Shown one piece after another: positions 31,036 to 43,985 of a stretch of DNA of 64,000 nucleotides (its first letter is position 1; each line of letters opens with the position of its first letter). The position numbers and the translations under genes were made by a program. Source of the stretch: the human T2T-CHM13v2.0 reference genome, Homo sapiens; NCBI RefSeq assembly GCF_009914755.1, contig NC_060925.1; one strand, 5' to 3'. Below the pieces are notes generated by a model. That model had not been told where the DNA came from. It was given only the letters and a program-made list of their open reading frames with translations, and searched no databases.

Positions 31036-34000
31036 TAATTGTCTAAGATTAGATTCTTAATAAATATGTATTTTAAATAATGAATGGATTAATAGATGAA
31101 TAAATGTGGGAAGGTGGAATGACAAATTTTGTCTTTATAGATTACCACTATTTATTTCTACTTACGTTTAGGTTTTCAACAGGTTTCATTCTAAGGAGCC
31201 ATTTTGTGCAGTGTCAATAACTGCAAATTTAGATTTCATCTGGTGAAAGTTTCTCATTTTACATATTAAGCAGAAATTTCAGCCACTAGGGAGATAGATA
31301 ATGTTTAAGGTACATAGCAAGTGACCAAAGGAAAAAATTGATTCAGATCTTTGAATTTTTTGTATATGGTTTGTGCTCTTTCCTTTACACTAACAGTTTT
31401 ATTCCAAATACCAAAGAATATAATGCTTTTAAATAAATAATTGAATCCGTAGGCTAAAAAGGAGTTTAAAAATCTCTGAAGAAAATCTAAAAAAAAAAAA
31501 AATGTCCAGGGGAATTAATGCTTTACTGATTGTTAAGTCTACCTCTTTCTTCTATCAGTTTGGGTTTATATAATGCTTAGCAATGTTGTGGTAGTATTTC
31601 TGGGTATAATGCCTAATTGCCTAGTTCCCACATCAAGCAAGAGAGATACAGACACAATCCCAAGAAATTAGACACCTTCCCTATCTTTTAACAGGGCTAT
31701 TCCTGTAGACATCACCTACTTGTTGTAGTGATAGGAAAGTAAGAAGTTGTAAATAGTTTGTTGTTTCTTTCTAACTTTTAACCGAATATAAACTGTTAAG
31801 TTGGTTGTTTCCTTCTATCTTTTGACTGAATATAAATTATCTTTACTGACATATTCCTCCCGTGGATATGGAGTGTTAAGGCTGCTTTTTGCAAGCTAAA
31901 TTACATATTCAATGCATAATGGATCAGAACAGAGATATTAAAAAATCAGCTTTAGAAAACATAATGGCTTTAAGGCCAAAGCTAGACTTGAGACTAAACT
32001 AATTTGAAGGCAATAATCTATTTAAAGAATGAATGTGTTTGTCATTCAGGAGAAGCATTGGCTAGCAGTGGAAGAATAGGCAAAGAAAGTTAGGGATGTA
32101 GACACATGCAGAGCTCATCCCAGAGGTGCCTAAAAAGAGAATGTTGTCATCTGCAGGTGTGATGTGTCTTATTTGGGTGTCTGGTATAACCCTGTGTAGG
32201 GAAGGATACTTTAAGTTATCTGATGCCATTAAACATATGCTTTTTATGGTCCGCTTCTCTTGCTCTGATTCTGTGCTCATCAAGTAATCTTAAATTGATA
32301 CTTTGGTTTTCTAGAAGCACACTGAGGTTGACAGTATACTGACCACAGGATATTAGTTTCTGGTTCTATTACTCATTAACATTCTGAAAGTAATTAAGTA
32401 AAATGTCACTTTAATTTTATAACTCAAACTCAAATTTATTTAGATTGAGTTTGCATCTATGAATCCAACAGCAGCTAGGGAGATGAATGTCTGTTAGTCT
32501 ACAAGGGAGAAATAGGGACAGGGTAAAAAGAAACTCTACTTTGTGAAAGATAAATTATGACATCATGTCGGATGTTGTGTAGTCAGCCAAGAAGGATTCC
32601 ATCTGTGAAGGGACATTGAGAGCTGTAATATTTGGAATCCAGATTTAAATTATTCTTATCTGTGTTATAATTCACTTACACAATCTTCTGATATTCAATA
32701 TGGAGCTTTTCTGGATGTGCATTGGAAAGAAGGGAACATAATTTGTTCACCTTTGTAGCAAAATGGATTAAATTCAGCTGCAGAAGAGTAGTGGATTAGT
32801 TATAAGAAGGGCCAAGAGAGAAGACTGGAGCAGCTATCTGGAATACCTTACTATCATTAGGTATAGATTTTCCAGGTAACACAGCAAAAGGACTAGTGCC
32901 CTTTCATCTTCAATAAGATTGTCCAATAAAAAGAGGTATTGGATATATTGTTTCATTATTTCTATTTATGTAGCAGTTGTCTTTTAGGAACTAGGTTGAA
33001 TAGGTAGTCACATAGAGTTGCTTAAAATAATCTCAGGTAGCATTTATATCCTTCTGTAAAAATACAGTTACAAGTAAAAATGCTTATATGGTTAAAATAG
33101 AAGCACAGATGATTTTTTTTTCCTCAGGGGTGTCATTTGATGTGTGGAAAAAAAAATCAGAGTTGTCAACTGACATTGGTGATAGTCCTTTGTCACTACT
33201 CAGGTTCAAATAGATATATTTTAAACTTAGATTTTAAAACATACAGCTATGAAAAATGATATTTCAACAGGATAATCTTCAGTGATTTTTGATAACGATA
33301 AAGTCTGACAAAGTATTTCTATTTATATACACTCTGTGAAGTAACATAGTATAGAGTCTCGCTAACATAGTATAGGGACCTATTATTCTCTCACTAAGTA
33401 GGATTTAAGCTTCTGGTGAGTGCTTCCTTTGGATAGAGTAAAAAGTTATATATCTGTAGACAAATGAAGTAATTCTCTCTACTCAGTTAAAAAAGAAGAA
33501 AGAATGTATATCTTATTCTATTTGCTCATTGCAGATGAAATCAGGCATTCTCCTATCTCTTTAATAATGTATAGACTGTACAATGTCATGGATTCTGAGG
33601 CAGTGTTTGGTAAATTAATGAAAGTGTAAGCTTTAGCTCTACTTCTGTAAAAATTAAATGTGGAATTCAATAGAGTGTGTCTAGACTGAACAGAGCATTA
33701 AATTAAATTTGTACTTCATTTTGGCTTGAGAAAATAAGGAAATTATTGGTGGAGCATAGAACGTGGACTATTCATAGAACTGGAGCAAATTATTAGTTTT
33801 CGATGGCAGGCTTATTCATATTTAAAAGAATGCTTGGATATTACGTAAGCCATAAGTTTTTAGCTTAAGCATATAGCAAGAGCAAAAATATATTAAGGCC
33901 AAAAGATTGACAATTGTATTTTGTATTTACTCTCTATTTGGATGGAGGAAATCTACACAAAAAAAGTAATTATAAGATAGATTCTCCATGGAAAACATAG

Positions 34001-34699
34001 ATCAATGATTGTGGAAAGGATTTAAGGAGAAATGCTGTGCCCCATAGAAAACCTTCAAATACTAAGGCTTCTTCCACTGGAGGATTTGACTGTGTAAGTC
34101 AGGCCATCCTGGTGTAAACATCTATAAAACTGGAGAAAACTTATGAAACATCTGTTTGAAGTGTAGAAACAACAGTTAGCACAGGATTGTGACCCTGAAA
34201 GGAAGCAAACATGGTGAACTCTACTAATGCCGTGGCTTTCTGACAAGACGAAACATCTAGGCTTCTGTGCAGGGGAGAAGTGGCCAAACAGATCAGGAGG
34301 TCTTGCTGAATTGAGGAGCTCAGGGAGGCCATGGCTCATGGTGTTTGTAGGGTGGAGTGTTAGAGAATTCAGATCTACATAGAGAAAGAGAGCTCCAAAA
34401 GTTAGCAAGTTGGACTGTCAAATCTTTGTGTAGAGGGAAATTAAACAAAGACAAGCAAATAATAATTGCTAGAAAGTCACAGCTTGCACGTGAGTGGGAG
34501 ATATCTGCATTCCTATCAGCCAGAGTCAAGAGACATTTCTGAATATCCCAGGCATCTGGTGTAAAACCTGTAAAGGTCTCACATAGTAGTAGCAGGGCTA
34601 AATTTGCTACGAAGTAAAGGTTACAGTAGACCCCACTGAGAAAACTTAAATGACAAGCCTTGAAAAGATTAAGCTGATTTGCATGTAGCTGTAACGTAG

Positions 34700-35179
34700 T
34701 GTCAGGAGCTCTGAAGGGTCTGAGTAAAGTTTTACCCTACTTGGATGTTAACAAGTTAGCTTCATGGAAGCTGGCAGGAGACACAAGACTTTTGGAGATA
34801 AAGTATAATTTTTCACTTGCAGCAATAGTAGTACCCAGGGTATCGTTATATTTTTGTGTTCGTTCCCCGAGTCCCAATTCCCACCGGCAATGCAGAGAAG
34901 ACTGGATGATACCTCGCCACGTAGTAGTTTCTTTACAGGAAAGACACCTAGACCTAAAGGAATTTAAATCTTTTATAATGAGAAATATTTCGGTTATTCC
35001 CTTTATTATACTGTGCAATGAAAATACCTTACCTTTGCTCCAGAGGGAGGCAGTACTTCTAGTTTTCCAAGGTAGGTTACTATTAAAACATCCTTATAGT
35101 ACACAAACAGAGGAAATCAGTGACTTGCTCACAATATATGCAGGAATGTGAGAGACTCAGGGAGAATAGTCTTCCAGCA
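34700..35179 (-). mobile_element. LTR40-type ERVL-class LTR (3' LTR of a deleted provirus)
   Basis: Minus strand TGCTGGAAGACTATTCTCC...CTGACA with TG..CA ends; matches my recalled LTR40 consensus start TGTTGGGAGACAATTCTCCATGG. Confidence 0.8.
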
Positions 35180-35189
35180 ATATCTACCA

Positions 35190-36275
35190 TTTTGTCTTCT
35201 GGTAAATTTTCCTATGAGTAAAACAATCTGTTGGCCACTCTGATTAATGTAGCTGATGCAGTCTAGGACCAAATACAGTCTATCTCATGGAGCATTTAAT
35301 TAGGAACAAATAAATGGTACTTTCCACAGCAGGATGATGCTAACCTGCAATTTTGACCTCAATATTGCCCATAAACAGCTCAATAAATCACCGTAAACCA
35401 TTAGAGTCTACATTAGAGAGCAAGATGACTTTCTTCTTAGGATCTGTATCAATCTTTCCTCTTTACCTGAGAAATTAATCCACATAGATTTATTGATGAT
35501 TGCACGTCTACTCGCTGGCCTGCAAGGAGGAAGTCTAGGGCAATTCTATCCTCAACTAACTTGTGTAAGTTGTTAGTAAATCAAGGCTAACATGAATCCC
35601 TCCCTAAGACCAAGGTAGTGTTATTGATCACTTACATCCAGACCTTGGAAGGATTTAACTGTGTAGGACTAGCTATCACGGTGTCAGAGGATCAGAGGGA
35701 AAAAGGTTTTTTTTGTTTTTTTTTTTTTAAACTGGGATTCATATGTCTTTCATACAGTGGGTCACCGCAGAGAAATTTGTAGCATATTGTACTCAGTCAA
35801 GTGGACATTATCCTTAGGTTCTAGTACCATCCAGCAAGAAAATCCAGGTGGCTGAACTAGAATTAAGTTTAAATCTTATAAGCTCCCTTTTGGCTGGGCT
35901 GCCACTAGGAGGATGTTCCAATGAGGTCAACTGGGGTAGCTGTTAGAAATAACAAAGATGCATTATGATTTTTGAATTGGGTCTATTTTATATTTAATTC
36001 TGATTATTAGCCAGAATATGACAAAAAATGTATGAAGGCTGATCTAAGGCCATCAAAATGAGGATAGGGAAAACATCTGGAGGTGTTAGCAAGTAATTTG
36101 TGTAGGAGATACAGGATGTTTGGCCATCCCTTGCTGTTTCCTGTAAATTTCTTGGTAAGGTTAGAGGGAATAGCATTAAATTTGGTAGAGCCATCTGGTG
36201 GGGGATAGCAGAACCAACAGTTAAATTTAATATGTTTGCAACCATTTGGGAATACTGTACCAGAACATTTTCCAT
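35190..36275 (-). pseudogene. degenerate endogenous retroviral env (gamma-type SU/TM)
   Basis: ENVLVQYSQMVANILNL / CWFCYP (36208-36219); VINNTTLVL; VEDRIALDFLLAGQ (35515-35556) then AIINKS-WINFSG; frameshifted. Confidence 0.85.
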
Positions 36276-37644
36276 GCAGAATTTTTTTTCTATCAACACT
36301 TAACTGCCTGAAAAAATGAACTTTAACACCTTCAAAAGAGACAAAAATATCCTGTCTGACTATTCATAATGTACAGCTTCCAATAAAAATTTACAGATAT
36401 GAGTAATTGCTATAAAATGTGATTCATAATTAAGAAAAATCTATTACAGTAAACAGATCTAGTAATAACAGAGTTGATGGAATTATCAATCTGTAACTTT
36501 AAAACAAACTTAAATGCAATAGTTAAAAATTTTTAAAAAGGCAGTGTTTGAAAATAGCAGCTGATTAGAAACTGCAGAAGAAAGGATTGATGAACTTGAA
36601 AACACAGCAATAGGAACTATCTAAACTCAAGCACAGAGGGGGAAAAATTGAAAAAATAAACAGAAGCCGAGTAGTCTGTGTTACAATATCAAGCAGTCTT
36701 ACATGTATGTGATTAGATTGCCCGAGAGAGGAGAGAGAAGAGACAGAAAAACATATTTAAAGAAATAGTGGCCAACATTTTCCTAAATTTGTGAGAATTA
36801 TACGCCCCTAAATCTGAGCTTCCCAAAGAATCTCAAGCAGCACAAACACTAAGAAAATTATACTAAGGTTCATCCTACTCAAAGTGCTAGAAATCAGTAA
36901 GCAGAAGGAAAAATTTTTAAAGTAGTTAGAAGTAAAAAAAAAAAAAAATTACGGAACCAAGATTTTAAAAAAATGCAGACTGCACTTCAGAAAAACTGCA
37001 AGTTAAAAAACAATGTAATCATATCTTCATAGAAAGAAAAAATATATTATTCTAGAATTCTATATCTCATGGAAATACTATTCAAATAAGAAGTCAAAAG
37101 CTTTTGTACACAAAATCTGAGAAAATTCATTTTTAGCAGAAGTATACTTGAAATAACATTAAAGGGACCTCAGGTTGAAGACAAATGATACCAGGTGGAC
37201 ACTTAGATTTACGCAAAAGAATAAAAAGCACTGGAAATATTCAATTAAAATCCTTTAAAAGATAATTGAATAGTTGAAGTAAAAACAACAGTGTAACATT
37301 TATAAAAGTAAAGACTGTGGTAACAGTATCACAAAGGATAAAAGAAGCAAAATTGAAGTATTCTGTCTTACAGTATATGAGAAGTGGTATATTCTTTCAA
37401 GGTAGAATGTGATCAGTTGCATACGGTGACTTTAGAACAACTGAAAATAATTAAAAGATGAATAAGCTTTTGGTGGAAGTAAAATTGAATGCTATAGGAC
37501 AATTCAGAAGGTGGCAGGAAAATGGGAGAGGGAAGGAAAAAACCACATATGACAAATAGAAACAGAAGATGTAGATTTCAACTATTTAATAATTACATGA
37601 AATAAATTACCTGTAAATATTACATATTATATATAAATTATTAA

Positions 37645-38240
37645 TTTTCCCATGGTCTATACTATATATACTATATATAATATATATTTATATTAAATAT
37701 AAATATATATTTAATATAAATATATATTAAAATTTATATAATATATTTATATAATATATATATTATATAAAATTCATGATCCCAATTTTGTTCACAACAT
37801 TCAAAGCATTGTAAGGAACCAGTTGAACAGAAGCCTTCTCTCCCTCAGGCTGATTAGCATGTTGACCTTGGCTACATTAATGTCATAGAACTTCTTCACA
37901 GCTTGTTTGATCTGGTGCTTGTTGGCTTTATCATTCATAATGAACACAAGTGTGTTGTCTTCTTTCTTCTTCATAGCTAATTCAATGGTCAGGGGGACTT
38001 GGTAATGGCATAGTGGTCAAGCTTGTTTCTCCTGGGGGCACTCTTCCAAGGATATTTAGGGTTCCTCCCAAGCCATAGTGTCTTGGGCCACTGGAAGGTA
38101 GGTGATGTGCATATCTTTTTTTGTGTGGCTGTGGATATCTTTGAGTACTGCCTTTTCGGCTTTCAAAGGCTTCGCTTCGGCCTGAGCTTTGGGAGGGGCA
38201 GGAGCTGCCTTCTTCAGCTTTGGCACCACCTTGTGAAAAA
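37645..38240 (-). pseudogene. RPL23A: RPL23A processed pseudogene
   Basis: Intronless, frameshifted: [34 protein letters not shown]; start codon mutated to GTG after ttttcacaag; AT-rich 3' end. Confidence 0.95.
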
Positions 38241-39489
38241 CTGCCCTAGATATTTCAGTTCAAAGTCAGAGACTGTCAGAATAAAGACAAGCTCTAACTA
38301 CTTACTACTGAAAAATATGCAATTTAAATATAAAAACAGATAAGTGGAAATTTTAAAAGATAGAAAAATATGTATCATGTTGATATTACAATGATCTCAC
38401 CAGGAATAAAAAGAGGTTTCATAATGATGAAAGGGTCACTTTATCAAGAAGACATAAAGTCTTAAGTGAGTATTTACCTAATAACAGAGCTACAAAATGA
38501 TATAGAAACAGTAGTAATTCTAAATAAAACCCAATAGAACTGAAAGAAGAAATAAGACAAATTTACAATGATAATTGAAAATTTCAGCACTCATCTTTTT
38601 CTGTTATTGATAGAGCTAGTATTGTAAAGTAAGAATATGGAAGATTTGAATAACACTATCCACCACCATGATTAAAGTCATATATCAATATAAAGATCAA
38701 ATATATATATATATATATATATATGAAGAGAGAGCCCAATAAAACCAATAATAGAGAAATAATTATTTTCAAATGCACATTAAATATGACAACTGATGAC
38801 ATATTGGGCTGTAAGACATGTATCAATTTATTTAGAATTACTGAGATCATACACGGAATGGTGTCTGCCCAAATGGAATTTATCAGAAGTAAATAACTGA
38901 AAGATATCTGGAAAATTACCAAAGACTTGAAAATTATGGAATACACTTTCAAGCAACCTAAAGCTCAAATAAGAAACCAAAAGGTATATTAGATAATAGA
39001 ATTGAATGCTAATGAAAATACAACATATAGAAGGCCAAGAAAAAGTTAAAGTCATGCTTGAACACAAATTTATAGTTCTAAATACTTATGTTAAAAGATG
39101 AGTAAGGTCTAAAATTGTTGACTTAACCATCCAGCTTAAAAAGTTGAAAAAAGGACAAATTAAACCCCAAATATATAGAAAAACAAAAGAAATTAATGAA
39201 ATAGAAAATAAAAGAGAAAAAGCAATAAAACTAAAATCTGGTTATTGGAAAGAAATTTAAAATAGATAAGAGTTAAACTGGTAAGGAAAACAGATGACAC
39301 AAATTATTCATATCAGGAATAAAGGAATACTTAACCACAGATCATAGAAACATTAAATGGAAAATGAGACTAGCATGAGCAACTAACTGTATGCCAATAG
39401 ACTACATAATTCAGACTCAATGGACAAACTCTTCAAAGGGACACATAATTGACCTGATGCGGGAAGAAATAGGATATTGGAAAAAGCCT

Positions 39490-39869
39490 ATTATTAGTGT
39501 ACCGGGGTGCCATAACAAAGTACCACAGACTGGGTGGCTTAAACAGAAATTTATTGTTTCACAAATCTGTAGGCTGGAAGTACGAGATGAAGATGTCAAT
39601 AGAATTGGTTTCTTCTAAGGCCTTTCTTTTTGGCTTATAGATGGTGATCTTTTCCTTCTATCTTCACATGGTCTTTCCTCTGTGGGCATCTGTATCCTAA
39701 ACTCTTTTTGTAAGGACACCAGTCATATTGAATTAAGGTCTACACATATGAGCTCATTTACATTAATTGCGTCTTTAAAGGCCCTGTTTCCAAGTACTTC
39801 ACATTCTGAAGTACTAGGGGTTAGTGCTTCAATGTATGAATTTTGAGGAATACATTTCAGCCCACAACA
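39490..39869 (-). mobile_element. MLT1A/B MaLR LTR
   Basis: gccataacaaagtaccacagactgggtggcttaaa...ttcagcccacaaca. Confidence 0.9.
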
Positions 39870-41094
39870 CTCTATATCTATTAAATAAATCAGGTTTGTG
39901 AACAAAAACTTTCCCACAAAAAAGTCCAGTCCAGATGACTTCATTCCTAAATTCTATTAAGAATTAAAGAAATAAATAATAACCACCCTATACAAACATT
40001 TGAAAAAAAATTGAAGAGAGATACATCCTATCTTGTTTCATGAGGCCACTATAACCCTGATGCAAAACTCAGAAAAAACCATTACAGAAAAAATAGATAT
40101 AATATCCTTTTAACAACAGATAAATTGTACTCAGCAATATGTAAAGAAGGTGATACATTATGACCAAATAGGGTTTATCCTAGTAATGCAAGGTTGGTTG
40201 TATATTTGAAAATCAATATAATTTATCTTATGAAGAGAATAAAGAGAAAACCCACATAATCATCTCAATCTTTTCAGAAAACAAAGAAAAATTAGGAGCC
40301 ATTGCCAGATTGTAAAAAGTCTCCACAAATTCAGAATACAAGTAATCTTCTTTATACTGATAATCTACAAGAGTCCTAAGCTAACAGCATAATTCATGGG
40401 GAAAATTTGAACCCTTTTTCAAGATTAGAAACAAAGGAAGTAGGTTAACAGTCACTACCTGTATCCTACATTACATAAGGTGTCCTGGCCAATTATAAGG
40501 CAATGAATAGATATTAAGGCACACAGATTTTAAATGAAAAGATAACTCTTTTACTTGCAGACATGACCATGTACATGGAAAACAACCAAAGGATCCATAA
40601 AATAGCTATTATAGCAAATAGGTGAATTTAACACAGTTGCAGAATATAAGACTAATATAAAAAATCAATTGTATTTCTATGTACCAACAACAAGTAACCC
40701 AAAATTGAAATTTAAAATACCATTTCTGAGAGGATAAAAACACATGAAAGAATACTACATTTTAATAAAATACATGCATGACATTTACACTGAAAACTGT
40801 AACATTGCTGGAAAAAATTAAATATCTAAATAACTGGAGAAACACGCAATACTTGTGGATCTTAAGACTCGATATTATTGAAATATAAATGTTACCAAAA
40901 TTGACTTATTGAATCAATGCAATCTCTATAGGCTTTAATTTTGTTGGCATGTACAAGTGAATTCTAAAATTTATGTGAGAATTGAAAGGACCTTAAGTAG
41001 TTGCTAAAGTAATTTAGAAAAACATTAGATTTACACTACATAATTTTAAGACTTACTATAAAGCTACAGTAATAAAGACTTTTGCCACAAAGAG

Positions 41095-41165
41095 ATATAT
41101 ATAAAATACACACACACACATACACATATAAGATATAATGTATCTCAATAGAACTTATATATATG

Positions 41166-41205
<40 letters not shown>
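41095..41205. repeat. (CA)n and (TA)n microsatellites
   Basis: Directly visible. Confidence 0.9.
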
Positions 41206-41209
<4 letters not shown>

Positions 41210-41259
41210 CAATTGAGATATTACAGATTTCTTAAGGTAATTTAATAAAGATGGGATTA

Positions 41260-41552
41260 GGCTGGGCATGGTAGCTCAGGCCTATAATCCTAGCACTTTG
41301 GGAAACCAAGGCAGGTGAATTGCTTGAGCTGAGGAGTTCATGACCAGCTTGGGCAACATGGTGAAACCCTGTATCTACAAAAAATATCAAAAAATTAGCC
41401 AGGTGTCTTGGCGTGTACCTGTGGTCCCAGCTACTTCAAGGGCTGAGGCAGAAGGATCGCTTGAATCCAGGAGGTCAAGGCTGGAGTGAGCTGACATTGC
41501 ACCACTGAACTCCAGCCTGGGTGACAACGTGAGACTCCATCTCAAAAAAAAA
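41260..41552 (+). mobile_element. AluJ
   Basis: J diagnostics ggaggtcaaggctg; TSD ataaagatgggatt / ataaaggtaggatt. Confidence 0.93.
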
Positions 41553-43764
41553 TTATATATATATATAAAATAAAGGTAGGATTGTCTTTACTACAAATGG
41601 TGCGTGAACATCTGGAAATCTTAAACCTCAAATACCACACATAATACACAAAATCGAACCATAGGCCTTAGTATAAAAGCTAAATATATAATTTTTGAAA
41701 ACATAGGCATTTTCCACAACCTTGGGACAGGCAAACATTTTTTAGGCAAGACAGTAAAATCAAAACCAAAGAGGAAATAATGGACAAATTGAACTTTATG
41801 AAAGTAAACAAACTCTGCTCTTTGAAAAGCATCTTTAAGAAAGTGAAAAGGTGAGCCACAGGCTGGGAGAAGATAATTGTAAATGATTTATGTATGAATT
41901 AGGATTTTTATCTAAAATGTGTTAAGTACTTCTGAAACTCATTAATAAGACAAACAACTTAAAAACAAAGTAAGCAAAATATTTAAACAATTTCCCAAAG
42001 ACAACATACAAATGGCAAACTGTATATGCAAAGCTTCCAAACATCACAATTTTCAGGAAGATGCAAATTAAAATTACAATGCAATGCTGCTACATAGTTA
42101 CAAGAACATTGTAAGAATGGGAAGCAACTGCAACTCTCATCCATTGCAGATGGGAATGTATGATGGTACAATTGCTTTGAAATACATTATGGCAGTGTTT
42201 TATAAGATTATCTAAACACATGTTATAAGACTCAGCAATTTCTCATTCTCAAAAGGAATTGAGAAATGTCTATACAAATACATGTACATAAAAATTCATA
42301 GCAATTTTTTTCTTAATTTCAAAACCTGGACACAGCCCAAATATCTACCAACAAGTGAATGGCTTAACACATTTTGGTATATTCATATGATGGGATACTA
42401 AAAATAAAACCAAAAGGACCGCTGATACATGTAACAACATGGATGGGTCTCAAAACCATTATGCTCAGTAAAGGAAGCTAGACACAAAAGACTAAATTCT
42501 GTATGATTTTATTTATATAAAATTCTAAAACAGTAAAACTATGGTATCAGAATGCAGATCAGTGTTTCCTCGGAGCTGGAGATGGGATATGGGATTAATA
42601 GCAAAAGGGCCGTAGGTGACTTTCTGGGGTGACTGAAATGTTCTTATTGCTATTGCATTATAAAAATATAGATATACTTTTAAAAACATTAAATTGTATA
42701 CAAAATCAGTACAATCTAGTTGTATATAAATTACATCTTAATAAAGTTGATTTAAAATACAAAAAAATTTAAGATACTTGGGGTTAAGACAACAATTGCC
42801 TTGTCTGGATCTGTTCAAAGTTTTTATAGATAAGATTGCACTTTTTCACTTATTTGAATTTAGAGTTGGCCAAGATTATTGTTGGCTAAGGAAATGTGAG
42901 CATAGATCATGGTATTACTTCTGATTGGAAGATTTTAAACCCATTAAGGGAAGGTTTAAAGGGATACCAGGAAATTATGGGGGTAAAAATTAATCTATAT
43001 CTTGATTGTGGTGGTGGCTATGGAACTGTTTCTTTTATCAGAACTATTAGTGGATTGTAGTGTATATAAATTATATTTCAAGAAACTTTTCAAAAACAAT
43101 TACAACCCAGAAGTATTTCTAAGTGGCCAAAATATTGCTTAAACATATCCATTTGTAATGTTATGAAAGTTTTTTTATTGTGAAAACTCACGTACATTTA
43201 ACACTAAAAATTTAGCTTATACAAATAAGATTTTACACACGCTGACCATCAGGATGTGCCTATAAAGATGCATTTGGTTGACTTGGCAGCTTTCTCTCAT
43301 TACATCTCCTTGTCCACTGTAATGAATCTAAGAATTATGGGGAATAGTCAGGGAACAGAAAGAAGTCAACTGGCACATCTAAGAATAGAAATCATGACGA
43401 AAACCGTATAAATAGATTGCACTCTCTAAAGGAAGTCATGTACTCATATATACAGTAATGCTATTATTAGGATAGTAGTGTTCTATTGTATGAATATACC
43501 ACTGTTTAATGCATTCAGCAATTGATGGACAGAATATTTATAATTACATGTGTATGATTTTAAGGAACATTTGTTTTATAAAAAATAATTTATAAATTTG
43601 TTTTTTGGCATAATGTCAGATCCAGAGCAAGAAAAATACAGTGGATTTAAGATAGATAAGTACTTGATATAAGGAAATTTGTAGTATTTAGAACAGAAAA
43701 GTGTGTCAAATTCTAGTCTGTTCTTCCACAGACCAAGAATCATTGACCTATTAGTTGTCAAATA

Positions 43765-43985
43765 GTGGTAAAGCACAGTGGTCAAAAGCATAGACCCCCA
43801 AGTCAGACCCCCTGAGTTCCAATCCATTTCTACTACTTATTTACTTATTATCACTTACTTATTTACATTAAGCAACCTCTCTTTCTCTCAGTTTTCTCAT
43901 GCCTAAAATACACAAATGGTCCCTACATCATAGCAGTGTTATGAGGATTGAATTAACACTTGTGAAGAATTTAGAACAGTGTCTA
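43765..43985 (+). mobile_element. MIR
   Basis: agtggtcaaaagcatagac...ctcagttttctcat...gttatgaggattgaatt. Confidence 0.85.

Larger units (their letters stand above)
34050..42760 (+). mobile_element. near full-length ancient L1M (L1ME-like 3' end) with four nested insertions
   Basis: 5'UTR-like 34050-34699, ORF1-like 36300-37200, ORF2-like 37560-42300, 3'UTR ending ttaataaagttgatttaaaa. Confidence 0.8.

Noticed and set aside
33341-33380. TAACATAGTATAG direct repeat (similar case ctttgcacagtt at ~44073-44102)
   Set aside because: Ordinary short tandem microduplications
34699-35151. 150-aa plus-strand ORF
   Set aside because: Antisense through the LTR40-type LTR, non-ATG start, no recognisable domain
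38023-38343. 106-aa plus-strand ORF
   Set aside because: Antisense to the RPL23A pseudogene
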